Assembly (NCBI RefSeq): GCF_009914755.1
Contig: NC_060943.1
DNA length: 64,000 nucleotides
Origin: the human T2T-CHM13v2.0 reference genome, Homo sapiens
Strand: one strand, 5' to 3'
The position numbers were made by a program, and so were the translations under genes. This document shows positions 1 through 27,395 of the stretch, one piece after another. The notes beneath the pieces are model-generated. The model saw only the letters and a program-made list of their open reading frames with translations. It made no database searches and was not told the DNA's origin. The first letter of the stretch is position 1. Each line of letters starts with the position of its first letter.

Positions 1-1199
<1,199 letters not shown>

Positions 1200-4100
1200 T
1201 ATATATATACATATATAAACATATTCCTGAATGTCTATACTATAAAATATTTTTAAATATAACTTATAAATCTAAAGATAATACCTTAAAAAAGGAAATA
1301 GAATTGAGTTCCTATCAAATTAGGGCATTACTAAACAAGGAAGAATTATTTGTACTAGAATGTAAGCAAAATTACTTGACCATATATTTTATAATGCATA
1401 TATTATTTATCATATTATATAATAAATGTATACTTTTAAATCAAATTATATATTATGTAGTGACATATAGTTAATATTATTATATAATTTTGACTATATA
1501 TAGTAAAACATAAGTGAATACACCCTCAAAAATGTTTAATTCTTAAAATATGTATGGTCAAAAATTCTAAATTTCATCCTAGAGAAATAGCTGACTCCAC
1601 ATTCGGAGAGAAAATACAGGAGATGAAGTCAGAACTTCTTATCATGCAAGAAAGCAAAGACATCACCACATACCATCAGATTCATGTTACCTGAACATAA
1701 AGTCTATCATGAAAAGTTCCCAATGGCAAAATGTGGAATATTTATAGAATCAAATAATATAGGTAGTGTATTAAAACTAATGAATATGTTCAAAGCCTAT
1801 CAGTTTACTACTGTTAAAAACAAAATTAAAAAACAAAAAACCCCTCAAATATGAGGAATGGGAAAAGAACAAAATCTCCACATCAAAAACGTGGAAATGA
1901 AGGCAAGAAGCAAGATCTCTTTTGTTTATCTGAAGTGTTACACAGGAAACATTCTTTTCTGTAGAATGTTTCTACATAATAATAAGTATAGTAATAGCTA
2001 TAGTAATGTTTTTGCCTAAGAATAGCTGTAGAGTTTTTGCATAATAATAGTTAACCCTGCAAAGCTTGGATAACCTGTGCGTTGAGTATACAAGCAATAA
2101 ACATCAATGGCTGCCAAAACCCTTAGGCTGAAGGTTGATAGTGAATATAATAACGAGTGGATCCTGCTGATAGTACAGCCATCAGTACAGAATTGCAAGG
2201 TGGAGAATGCAAGACACAAGCAAATGAGCCATTGTGTCTCACTTCTGACATTTTCTAAGCATCTTTTTTACCATACCCTCAAATCTAGACCGTTATCTGG
2301 CTGGGCGTCTCTATGTTTCTTGGATTTGTGTGTCAAACTCTCTAGCGAGTTTAGGAAAATATTCATGGACTATATCCTCAAATATATTTTCCAAGTTGCT
2401 TATTCTCTCTTCCCCTTTCAGGAATGCTGACAAGTCATACATTTGGTGTCTTTAGATAATATCATATTTCTCAGAGATTTTGTTCACTTTTAAAAATATT
2501 TTTTCCTTATATTTGACTGATTTGATTCAAACAAGTCTTCAAGCTTTGAAATTCTTTTCCTCAGCTTGGTCTATTCTGCTGTTAATGCTTCTCATCGTAT
2601 TATGAAATTCGTGTCATGAATTTTTCAGCTCGAGAAGTTCAGTTTGGGTGTTTCTTAAAATTTAATCGTTCATGTCATTAATCATTTTACTGGATTGCTT
2701 GGCTTCCTTGGATTGAATTTCAACTTTGCTCTTGATTTGAATGACCTTCCTTGCCATCCAGATTCCAAATTCTACGTTTGTCATTTCAGACAATTCATAC
2801 TGATTAAGAACAATTTCTGGGGAGCTCGTGGACTGGTTTGGAGATAATAGGAGTTATTTCCCTGATTTTTTTTCTCATCTGGGAGGGTTGCTATTCCTTT
2901 CATTGCAAGGGTATAAATTGAGTATAGTCTGTTGGCTTTATTTCTGGAAGTTTTCAGGGGACTAAGGCTCTGTACAGGGTCTTTGCTGAATTCTTGCTCT
3001 TGGTTTTCCAGGCGGTAGAATTTAGTAAAGTGATTTTTGGTGTTGTAGTGTGGCTGTAATCCAGTAGATGGCGCTTGAGAGCAATAGGCAATAGACAGGC
3101 TCTTACTCCACTGCGTGGTGCCTTTGTTTATCTTTGTTCTTGACCTTGATACTTTTGAAAAGGTCAGAGCAGTTTTTTTGTTTTTGTTTTTTGAGACAGG
3201 GTCTCACTTTGTCACCCAGGGTGGAGTGCAGTGGCACGATCTTGGATCACTGCAGCCTCAACCTTCCCAGGCTCAGGTAGGTGACAGAGCAGGCAAGTTA
3301 ACTTAAGGCCTCCTCCTTGGCAATCTGGTCTCAAGTAGGGGACAGGTCCCCACAGACAGAACTGAGGGGCAAGTGTGGCATGGGCTCCAGACCCCGAGCA
3401 CTGGAATTAGACACCTCTCCTTTGCAGAAAGGTTTAGCCTTTCCTCAAGCGGTTCTGCAAAGGAGAGGTGTAGCTGGGGTGGCGTGGGCAATGGTGGTGG
3501 CAGAGTTTGTGTGAAACTTGTCTCTTCCCCAATCACTGTCACTTGTTTCAGGAGACGTTGTAATGTGCTGTATGGTTTGACCTCCAGGCCAGTAGGTGGC
3601 AATTGCTGGTGAGAGCCAGTTGTAGCGCTGGCAGTGGGCTTTATGCTTGACCTTTGTTAACCGGAAGCATTCAGGTATCCTAAGTGATGGGTTGGGTTGT
3701 GGAAAACTCAGTGGTCTTGATCAGTACTCTGCCTCCAACGCAGGGAAATGAAGGTAAGTGTGGCTGGTCCAGGCAAGCCTGTACTCAGGCCCAATGCTAG
3801 GCACAGGCTCCGTCCCCACAGAGGCTACATGTGTGGTTCTCAGGTCCCTGGAGAGACACTCAAGCACTGAGTAGGGCAATGACTATTATGCCAAAGTTAC
3901 AGCAGAGTTCCCCAGAGGGGCACGTTGGGTTCCAAGCCTAGAAAATGACAGTGGGACTCACTTTAATCTAATGCTCCCAACCCAGCAGAGCTCCTCCCTG
4001 TGGCCCAATGCTGGAAGCAATTTCAGACCGTCAAATCACATGCGGTTTGATGTCAGACCACTCAACTACCCCAGGCCACAGATCTTGCCTCCTGGGTAAA

Positions 4101-4279
4101 ATCCATGCCTCTCAGGCTACAACTTTTCCCACGCGGTTCTGTCAAAGAGAGGTGTCCAACGCCAGTGCTTGGTGTCTGGAGCCCATGCCACAATTGCCTC
4201 TCAGTTCTGTCCATGGGGACCTGTCTTCTACTTGAGCCCAGATTGTCAATCTCTGGCCCAAGACTCTCCGAAGTAGTGA

Positions 4280-4735
<456 letters not shown>

Positions 4736-5081
4736 GATGTCAAGTTCTTGCACTGCCCACTAAGGGTTAGGATCAGGAATGGCCTCTTTCTGTCAGCATC
4801 CAGGTCTGGGAGCACACATGGAGCACTTCCCTGGGCCCTTCCTTTTCACAGTCCTCCCGCTGTTCCCTAAGTCAGATCCAGGGCTTAGGTCGGTCAAAGA
4901 GCTCCCCAGTGGCCTGGATTGCCTGGCTCCCCACTGAGAATGGGTATCATGTGGTCTCATAACTTCCCTCTCAGGCACTGGAAGTTCACTCATGGTTTTC
5001 TGCCAGGTCTTGCTGCATGAGCTGCTGCCTGCCTTCTTTTTAGCAGTATCTGAGATTTCCTTCACTTTCATATTCAACTCC

Positions 5082-5439
5082 TGTATTAGTCCATTTTCAG
5101 GCTGCTGTTAAAGACATACCCGAGACCAGGTAATTTATAAGAAAAAGAGATTTAATTGACTCACAGTTCCACATGGCTGCAGAGGCCTCACAATCATGGT
5201 GGAAGGTGAAAGCAACATCTCACGTGGTGGCAGGTACAGAGGAAATGAGAGCCAAGCAAAAGGGGAAACCCCTTATAAAATCATCAGCTCTTCTGAGACT
5301 TATTCACGACCACAAGAACAGAATGGGAGAAACTGCCTCCATGATTCAGTTATCTCCCACCGGCTCCCACAGCACGTGGGAATTATGGGAGCTACAATTC
5401 AAGATGAGATTTGGGTGGGGACACAGCCAAACCATATCA
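5082..5439 (-). mobile_element. THE1/MST-type MaLR solo LTR
   Basis: tgtattagtcc...accatatca termini; TSD actcc/cctcc. Confidence 0.85.
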
Positions 5440-5623
5440 CCTCCCATGTTCTTTCTTGGATACAAGAATGCAGAATGAATCTCTACACACCATTTTGGTA
5501 TTTTCACCATCTCGGAAGACATAACAGTGTATTATATCCTTAAAAATCACTATAAAAGTAGATTTTAAGGGTTCTTACCACACAAAAATTAGAAATATGG
5601 AAAGTAATGTATATGTTAATTAG

Positions 5624-5970
<347 letters not shown>

Positions 5971-6497
5971 TAAACACATTTTCTCATATGTTCACACATG
6001 TCTCATTCCAGCCTCAGTGCTCATGGGGTAGGATCTCCTTACCTGAGACCACAAACCCTGGGGGTCCCTGGGGTGTGAAAACAGGTAGGGGGAGGTACTC
6101 TATAAGACATAGCACCTGTAGGTCCTCCCAGCATTCATGGAGAATTCAGCCTGTACTGCTGAGCTTGGTACTTTGATATTAGACACAAAGGTAGGGATCT
6201 GCTGCTCCCTTCTTGGAAATAAGAAAAGTGTCACTGATGTAGCAGGACCATGTTCTTTCCTGAGGCCACCATGGAGCCCGGCTGCACCAACAGGGAATAT
6301 CCCTCAGGCACCTGTCCTAGAGAGAGGCAGGATGGGTGAGGGGCTGCCCCCACCTTGTTCTGAGCAGAGACCTTCCCAGGGCTTCTCTCTAGGACCCTCA
6401 GTCTCTCTGTCATTCACTGTTTCCTCTGAGTCTCTTCCTCTCCCTCCCATCCACCTTGCCCCTCTGTCTCTTTCCCTCTCTAAAGAACCTTATCCAT

Positions 6498-6856
6498 TGA
6501 CATGGTTTGATTGTGTCCCCACCCAAATCTCATCTTGAATTGTAGCTCCCATAATTCCCACGTGTTGTGGGAGGAACCTGGTGGGAGATAATTGAATCGT
6601 GGAGGCGGTGGGTGGTTTCCCCCATACTGTTCTCCTGGTAGTAAGTCTCACGAGATCTGATGGTTTTATAAGGGGAAACCCCTTTCACTTGGCTCTCATT
6701 TCTTTCTTGTCTGCCACCATGTGCCTTTCACCTTCCACCATGCTTATGAGGTCTCCCCAGCCACATGGAACTGTGAGTCCATTAAACCTCTTTTTCTTTA
6801 TAAATCACCCAGTCTTGGGGATGTCTTTATCAGCAGCAAGAAAACAGACTAATACA
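6498..6856 (+). mobile_element. THE1/MST-type MaLR solo LTR in pseudogene intron
   Basis: tgacatggtttg...gactaataca termini. Confidence 0.85.
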
Positions 6857-7000
6857 CTCATCATGCTGGTCATCACCGCCTGCAGATCCCCAGCAGGCCC
6901 TGTGCAGAATCTGGGTCCCTGAGTGAACCTGCTGGACCCCTCACCTGCAATAGCATATCCAGGGGATTCAGGGGACCAAACAATCAGAAAAGACATTGTG

Positions 7001-7330
7001 GGCTCGGTGCGGTGACTCACGCCTGTAATCCCAGCACTTTGGGAGGCCGAGGTGGGTGGATCACCTGAGGTCAAGAGTTCAACACCAGGCTGGCCAACAT
7101 GGCAAAACCCAGTCTCTACTAAAAATACAAAAAAAAAAAAAAAAATTTAGCCAGGCATGGTAGTGTATGCCTGTAATCCCAGGTACTTGAGAGGCTGAGG
7201 CAGGAGAATTACTTGAACCCAGGAGGTGAAGGTTGCAGTGAGCTGAGATCGTACCACGCACTCCAGCCTGGGCAACAAGAGCGAAACTCCATCTCAAAAA
7301 AACAAAAACAAAACAAAACAAGAAAAGAAA
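7001..7330 (+). mobile_element. AluS inserted in pseudogene D3 exon
   Basis: TSD agaaaagacattgtg / agaaaagacgttgcg. Confidence 0.9.
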
Positions 7331-7791
7331 AGAAAAGACGTTGCGTTTAGCACAGCATCTGTCCTGGCTCCCATGGGAGCCACTCCAAGGAAACGTCAGC
7401 CTGACGGAGCCCAGCCTGGGGCTGCCAGCCATGGTGCCAGGGTGGTCATGTCGCCTCTCCTCAGACAGGAAAAGTCCTTGGTGGCCAACATCAGAGCAAC
7501 ACTGGAAGGTCAGACTCTCTCCAGAGATTAGGAGGGGCCCCTGTTTGGTCCCGTGCAGGGAGTCCTAGACACACCTAGAGGGAAAGACAAGTCAGGACTT
7601 TGGGGGCTGACTCCCCTCAAATACATCCCTTGTCCTCCTGGCTCTGCAGATCTCACCATCACTTATACTCTGTGTCTCTGGCCCCAGAAGCCCTCGTTCC
7701 CCTCATTCCACCCTCACGCTTGGGACTTGCCTGGGAGCAAGATCCACAGCAACCTGTCTGATGCTTCAAAGAATGTTTGGGGTAAAGATGG

Positions 7792-7927
7792 GACTTCCTC
7801 ACCTGAGAACAGGAGCTTCAGGGAGTTGCTGAGGTCCGACCACACCTGAAGGGTGTTCTGACTTCCTCACCTGAGAACAGGAGCTTCAGGGAGTCGCTGA
7901 GTTCCGACCACACCTGAAGGGTGTTCC
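7792..7927. repeat. 68-bp tandem duplication
   Basis: gacttcctcacctgagaacagg...gggtgttc occurs twice (7792, 7860). Confidence 0.9.
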
Positions 7928-8275
7928 TGTTATTGCCATGACATCTGAACATCCATCTGTGGCTGAGGGTCTTGGGGCCCACAGGAAACAGAGCTTGGGA
8001 CTGTCCACTAGGGTGTTGCTGAGAGTCTAGGGTGCAGGAGAGACTGAGTTCTCCTTCCTCGGTCAGAATGAATCTGTCCAGTTGCAGCCATGAGCCACGC
8101 TGGAGAGTCCTCTCCTAAAGTTGCAACAGGCTCAGGGGGGCTGAGAAGGTAGATTTTCTGTAGAATCCTAGGAGAGAAGGAGGTAGTGTGATCCTTGAGG
8201 CTCAAGCCTCCCACCTTATCCCTTAGGGCTGGGCTGTGAGGGAGAGACACCCCTGAGAGCAGACCCCTTTCCTGA

Positions 8276-9242
<967 letters not shown>

Positions 9243-9599
9243 TCACTCCTGGTTCTCTAGTTTAGTCCAAAACCCCTCTCTGTTTTATCACCCTCAGCCC
9301 AGAACAACTGTGCCCCCCAACCTGAGAGCCCAGGGGCTGGAGTAAGAGGGAGGCTCGTGGAGAACCTGGTAGCCCCTTCTCCCTCCATCACTGACTGAGG
9401 CAGAGAAGCACGAACACCGTGATGCCTGCTCTGGGGGCTCCAGCTGTGGGAGAGGAGACCACAGGGCCCTCCAGGACAGACAGACACACGGATGTGGTCA
9501 CTCAGAGCCTGCTGCTGCCCGTCCAGGTACCCACAGCTGTGGACCCACAGGAAGGGAAACTGCTTTTCCCTGGGCCTGGCTCTGGTTTTCCCTGGGTGG

Positions 9600-10700
9600 G
9601 GGAGCTCAGGAGGACCCCAGACTCTCTGGACACATGAGCCTCTGCTCCCCTCCCCTGCCCCAGGTCACCGTCTCTGCTGCAGGTGGGACAGGACAGGCCC
9701 CTGTGGAATCGGGTCTGGGAGTTTCCCTGGGAGGCCTCCTCTCCCAGGAGGTCACAGCTGGGAGTCAGAGCTGAAAGGAACTTTCCCACCCGCAGGCCTC
9801 TCTCCTTTACACTTGGAGAAACTGAGGCCCAGGCAGAGGAGGGGCCTGTCCACATCACCACCTCCAGAGGAGCCTCAAACCGATGACAGAACCCACCCCT
9901 GCCTCCCCTGGACCCCGCCCACCTCCCACTCAAAGCCCCTCACTTAGCACTGTGGGGGCCTGACGTTGTGGGGGTGAGGGGCTGGTCCTTAGGGCCTGCT
10001 GGGTCAGGATGGGGAGGTGAGGGCTGGGGCTGCCCTGCTCCCCACGTCAGCCCGGCTGCTCCTCCCCCAGGCTGGGCCCCAACATCTCCCTCTGCCTCGA
10101 CCCCCGCCCCTCACCAGCCCAGCCTCAGAGCCCCGGGGAGCCTGTGGCCCCTCCTCTGGCTCTGCCTCAGCTCCCTGGAGGGAAGCTCGTGCTTGAGTCC
10201 TTGAGGGGAATGGGATCATCTGGGAGACTCAGGACTGCCCTGGGGGAGGCCACCCTCCCTCTGAGCCCAGAGGCCTCAATGACTCACCAGGTATGGAGAA
10301 GGAGCCTATGGGTGGAGGGCTGGGGCCCCTGGAGGGTCCTGGGAAGGAGCACAGAAAGGGAGTGAGGAATTGGAGCTATCCTGGAGTCCCCACCTCCACT
10401 CAAAGCTCTCCTCTCCATCTGCCCAGTGGCCTCTCCAAGACCCTCCCTCTTCCCACCTAGCACCTTCTGGACTCCAGGTGAAGGAGAAGAGGGAGAACTC
10501 CTGTTGGCTTCTTCTCCTCTGAGGGGTGAATTCCTCTGTGGCTGAGTCTCCCTCAGAGCCCCCTTCACTCCATCTCTGCCCAGAGCTCTCCTGGGGGCAG
10601 GGCCTGAGCTGAGTCTTTGAACTTAGAGAGGACAGGGTCAGGGCCTTTCACCCAAGACCACCAGCTCCGACTGCGGTGTGATAGCAGGTAGGGGGAGGTG
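9600..10700 (-). pseudogene. LILRB-type gene fragment (D4 3' end + two 51-nt stalk exons)
   Basis: About 10700-10652 (SPYLLSH..ELVVL|GT); 10338-10288 GPSRGPSPPPIGSFSIP; 9998-9948 GPKDQPLTPTTSGPHS with donor GT>CT; resembles the LILRB GPEDQPLTPTG exon. Confidence 0.85.
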
Positions 10701-11211
10701 CAGTCATGTGAGAATCTTGAAGGTGCCCATGAAGGGAGTGTTTATACCACAGTCATCAACAAATTCCACAAATAAATGCTTTTTAGAAAACTTTTTTGTT
10801 GTTGTTCAGGAAGCCAGTCTATGCGCACAACAGCAGGCTTTTCCATCAAACACTTCTCTTTTGATTCCTAGTGACTGTATCTCTGGAGAAACTACAGATG
10901 AAGAGTGACAGGTGGTACAGCATCACTTTGAACTTAGATTTTCCAAACACGAATCTGATTTTTGCCCATGGATTTAATTATCAAAAGCAAATTCCATGTT
11001 ATGAGCTGAAGAGATAGTCCCAGTAATACACATTAGAAAATGCAGTAGTTAGAAATAAAGAAAGGTGTATTACCTGAAAGTGGAGCAGAGCATGAGGTCA
11101 CAGAGGGGCGGACCCAAACCCACCATAGGGGTGAAGCCTTACATCATAGGGAAGAAAAACGAAGGAAGGGGCAGTCAAGGAGAGTCGACAATGAGGAGGA
11201 AAGCACCACAG

Positions 11212-11217
11212 TTTAAT
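11212..11217 (-). terminator. LILRA4: Probable LILRA4 poly(A) signal (ATTAAA)
   Basis: tttaat on + about 125 nt after the stop, followed on the minus strand by a U/pyrimidine-rich tract. Confidence 0.6.
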
Positions 11218-11342
11218 GGAGGAAGCATCTTCTACAGACACCCAGACATCTTCCTGCACCTGACCCATGCTTCTTCCCCTTGATATTCTCAGCAGACACT
11301 TCCCCAACTGCTGCCCCAGTCTTCCAGAACCTCCTCAGATCA

Positions 11343-17720
<6,378 letters not shown>

Positions 17721-18230
17721 TTGGCTGCGTCTATCTAATCTGTCCTCATCTCACCAAGGGCCAGGATGTAGCAGCAAACAGACCCGGTGCCTTCTTGATT
17801 CAGCCCCTTCCAGGTGAGAGGGACTGACGGTTCCTCCTTCCCTCTCAGAGCCTCCCCATGGAGGAGGCTCCATCTCCCCTGTGTGTGTGTGAAAAACAGG
17901 CTGTCTGTGGTATTGTCACACCTGGACATCTGTCCCACACGTGAGTGGGAGGTCACATTGGACTCCGCCTTGCCAGCCACAACTTTGGGCAGATGCTAAG
18001 TTTGGAAGAGTTGATGCTCCTGGACAGGAGCAGCTGTAACCACCCGCTCTGGACAGGCCTGATTTCTGAGTCGTCTCTGGGAGAAATGTTCTTTGTAAGA
18101 TCATGTGCATGGGGGTAGATGGACAGCATGCAGTGTATTTGAGAAGAGATAGACAACTAGAAATTATGTAGGCAGATGTGGCTGTGGTGAAAATAGTAGG
18201 TAGAATTAACACACTTAAAAATCAATTCTA

Positions 18231-18389
<159 letters not shown>

Positions 18390-19179
18390 TTAAACATTAC
18401 CAGCCCCTAAATGTCTGCTCTACGGATTCTTCTTTGAATTCAGTATTAACATCTTTCCCGTTCCCTCGTTAATAGTAAGCTAAATAAAAACTTGTGTCCA
18501 TTTTATCCTTCTAGAAGAGCAATTTTTTTTTACCTTTTTGAAAAAAAAAAACTTTACCAAAATATATTTAAGATCAAGAATGCTGGTCATAAGCTGTGAA
18601 AATCTATGTCTTGTCTTAATCATTCCATCAGCATAAAAAATGTAGCAATGCATGTGAAGTGTTGGTTCCAGGCAAACCTGCTTAAGACTCAATGTTCAAG
18701 GTTGTTATTAGGTGGGGGCCATATAGGCATAATGGTCAGTCACAGGGAAACCAGGGAAAAGCTGCTGTTCATCAGCATTTTTTTTTTTTTTACAAACTCA
18801 TCAACAGTGAGCTACATTGTTTGCGGAAATGGCCTAGTCAAGACACAGTAGAATTCAGTGCTGCAGTCACACAACACCAGCTTATCTCTTAGGAACATAG
18901 GGAACATTCCAGGAGCCATGTTTAGGAACTAGATGCCAGCTAAGGACCAACTTTACAAGCAAACTCTCCCAACGTTATCACCCTTGCAGCTGTGAGATTA
19001 ACTCCTTCTTGCACACCTGTACCTGAAAAAAATAATAGTCCTCTTGAATGCAGCAGCACCTTGTTCACCCGGAACATGCCTCCGCTCCTCCAGATTCTTC
19101 CCGCCCTATCTCAGTTTTTTTCTGCAGATTCTCCAAGGTTCTGCAAACTGTAAGCAGTAAATCCACACTCAACTTGAGT

Positions 19180-19315
19180 TTTCATGAGGGAAGCCGTCTG
19201 GGGCCTTCTCTGGCTGTGCTGAGCCTGAACGAGCATCCCCCAGAGGCCACCGGGATCAACACAGCATGGTCATTGGGATGAGATTCTCCATGGCAGAGGC
19301 TGGAGGGGCGTGGTC
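19180..19315 (-). pseudogene. Degenerate LILRA-type TM/cytoplasmic exon relic
   Basis: Minus strand GAGAATCTCATC (ENLI) and GCTCAGCACAGCCAGAGAAG (AQHSQR) match LILRA4 exon 8; frameshifted. Confidence 0.75.
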
Positions 19316-19476
19316 AGTAGACAGAATGGAGCATTTGCTGAGGGCTAGACTGGCCACACTCACCTCGGAAGCCCTGGATGGGTGTTTACACATCTACACT
19401 CTGGAAAGGGGAGTCCCAGTTATTCCTCACTATGGGTCTATACTTGGTGGAGGTTGGTTGAGAGGATCAGGGACTC

Positions 19477-19831
19477 TGTATGCGTCTGTTCTCACTCTGC
19501 TATGAAGAACTACCCAAGACTGGGTAATTTATAAGAAAAGACGTTTAATTGACTCACAGTTCCATATGTCTGGGGAGGCCTCATGAAACTTACAATCATG
19601 GTGGAAGGCACCTCTTATTGGGCGGCAGGAGAGAGAATGAGAGTGGAGCGAAGGGGGAAGCCCCTTATAAAACCATTAGATCTCATGAGAACTCACTCAT
19701 TATCACGAGAACAGTACAGGGGAAACCGCCCCCATGATTCAATAATCTCCACCTGGTCCTGCCCTTGACATGTGGGGATTATTATAATCCAAGGTGGGAT
19801 TTGGGTGGAGACACAGAACCGAACCATATCA
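19477..19831 (-). mobile_element. THE1/MST-type MaLR solo LTR
   Basis: tgtatgcgtc...accatatca; TSD gactc/gacac. Confidence 0.85.
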
Positions 19832-19873
19832 GACACCTATGAATAAGAATGAGGTGGGGCATGAGTAGCCAGA

Positions 19874-20077
19874 CCACCATTGTATCCCCCGACCAGGGCG
19901 TATAACCCACCATTGTATCCCCCGACCAGGGCACGTAACCCACCATTGTATCCTCCCCACCTCCAGGGCATGTAACCCACCACTGTATCCCCCAACCAGG
20001 GTGTGTAACCCACCATTTTATCCCCCTCAGGGTGTGTAACCCACCATTGTATCCCCCTCCAGGGCCTGTAACCCACT
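19874..20077. repeat. Minisatellite, about 6 copies of 30-35 bp
   Basis: (cccaccattgtatccccc..cagggy gtgtaa)n. Confidence 0.9.
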
Positions 20078-20415
20078 ATGCCCTGGCTCCTTCACAACTC
20101 TCCTCCCTTCTCATGGGAGAATTGTATGAGATCCTTGCTGACCCCAACTCCCAGCTTGGGCTTAGAACCCTATGGTCCCTTCCTCAAATATGTTCAGGTT
20201 CCTGGGCCTTGTTGAAGTCACAGACAACTTCTCAGCTGCAGAGATATTGCGGGTTTGGTTTTACAACAACTCAGGGACAGAGGACAAAAATCTCCAACCT
20301 CTGGAATGCTTAACTCTGCTATTCCCTGGTCTCAGATTAGTCCCAAAATTAGTTAAACCTAAGCCTCACGCTTTGACCTCTAGTAATGCGTCAGCTGTCA
20401 GTATGGAATCCATAG

Positions 20416-25060
<4,645 letters not shown>

Positions 25061-26119
25061 AATTTTCTCGGGGAGCTGACTATGAGAAGGCAGAAATATG
25101 TTAATATCTCCAGGTGTCTGTCTGGGGTGTGGTGGGTGGGAAAAAGGCGGAAGTGGTTTCCTGTAATGAATTTGCTCTGTAGGAAGGAGCCATGTTTTTT
25201 GGCGCTGGGGATGTTAACTTAGTCCTGGTCATCAACAACATGAACATCAGGCAGAGATACTTGTGTCTTACTTGGAGGAAGATTCAGACCCGGAGAAGGA
25301 TTTTGATCAGGGAAGAGTCAGCTACAGATAAGGTTGGGGCTATGAGAATAATAGATGTCAGCCTGGAGTGAGGGTTTGGAGAAGAGGACCAGGAGGAGGC
25401 TGATGTGGTGGCACAGACAGGCTGTCTTCAGTCTCCAGTGAGCTTGCACTGTGGGAATGGACCCGGGGACGTGGGTGAGGAGGGCTCAAGGGTACAACTG
25501 CTTGGATTTGTTCACTGTATGTGAAACAAAAGTGAGTGAGCAACTAGGGTCTGTTTCACTCTCTGCCTTAGTTTACTGGAGGAACGAATGGTGTCATCCC
25601 AGGATGAATGATCCCGGGGAAGAACCAGGCTAGGGAGATATTTATAAGGCTGTTCACGGAGTGCAGAGGAAGCACTATCTCCCTCCTGGCCCTGCTGTCT
25701 AGTTTTGTTTCTCCCAAGCACTTCTTCCCTCCGACTTTCTTAATTCTATAAGTAGCAGCACCAGAACGCGATCATGTCTGTTGCAGAGATGTGAATGGAG
25801 CTGGAGGTCATTATCCTTAGTAAACAAACACAGGAACAGAAAACCAAATACCACATGTTCTCACTTATAAGTGGGAACTCCATCAAATCTCCAAGTCATT
25901 TACAACCTCTTCTTCCCCTGTCCATAACTCTTCATTTGATACCGTGAATTCTGTCTCCATGCTTTGGGCCAAAGCATTCACTGGAAGAAATTCCCAAGCT
26001 TTGGTTTAAGGCATGAGGGTTCATACTTACTGTCAGTTGACCTTCAGCAGGTGACATCCTCCCCTGCCCCATCCATTTTCCTCGTTGTAGGAAGATGGTA
26101 ATTAACCCTCCCGTCAAGT

Positions 26120-26911
<792 letters not shown>

Positions 26912-27119
26912 TAAACCTTTAAAAGTGGATACTTGTGTGAGAGAGAGAAACCATGCAGAAGAGATTAAATAAAATTAGACGGATATAATTGTGTCTTGTT
27001 TCTTGTTTTGGTTTAGAAATATAAGTGTATTTTCTTGAATAGATATGATGCAAAAATATTTTTAAATATAACTCATAAACTTAAAGATAAAACCTAAAGA
27101 AAAAGAAAATGCGGTAAAA

Positions 27120-27235
27120 CAGGTGGGAGGGGAAGCAGGAAAGGCAGGCACACTCGTGTAACTGTGATTGAAAGAAAATCTGTATACAAGTGGACCTGCA
27201 CAGTTCAAACCTGTGGAGTTCAAAGCTCAACTGTA
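27120..27235 (-). mobile_element. Tigger2-family DNA transposon end
   Basis: Minus strand taCAGTTGAGCTTTGAACTCCACAGGTTTGAACTGTGCAGGTCCACTTGTA resembles the Tigger2 terminus. Confidence 0.65.
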
Positions 27236-27395
27236 TGTTACTGCAAATGATTATAAGTGCTGTTATAGAAACATTCAAAGACCAGAAAAGGACCACAATG
27301 GCTGACCACACATAGCCAGGAAGAGCTTCTCCCACCGAGAGACCAAGCCATCAAGAAGACCAGAATGCTCTGGGCAGATCTTCTGAAAGAGGGCG

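Noticed and set aside
3411-3471. Hairpin as a pre-miRNA
   Set aside because: The large loop and position at an inversion junction in L1 are better explained by rearrangement, and there is no expression evidence.
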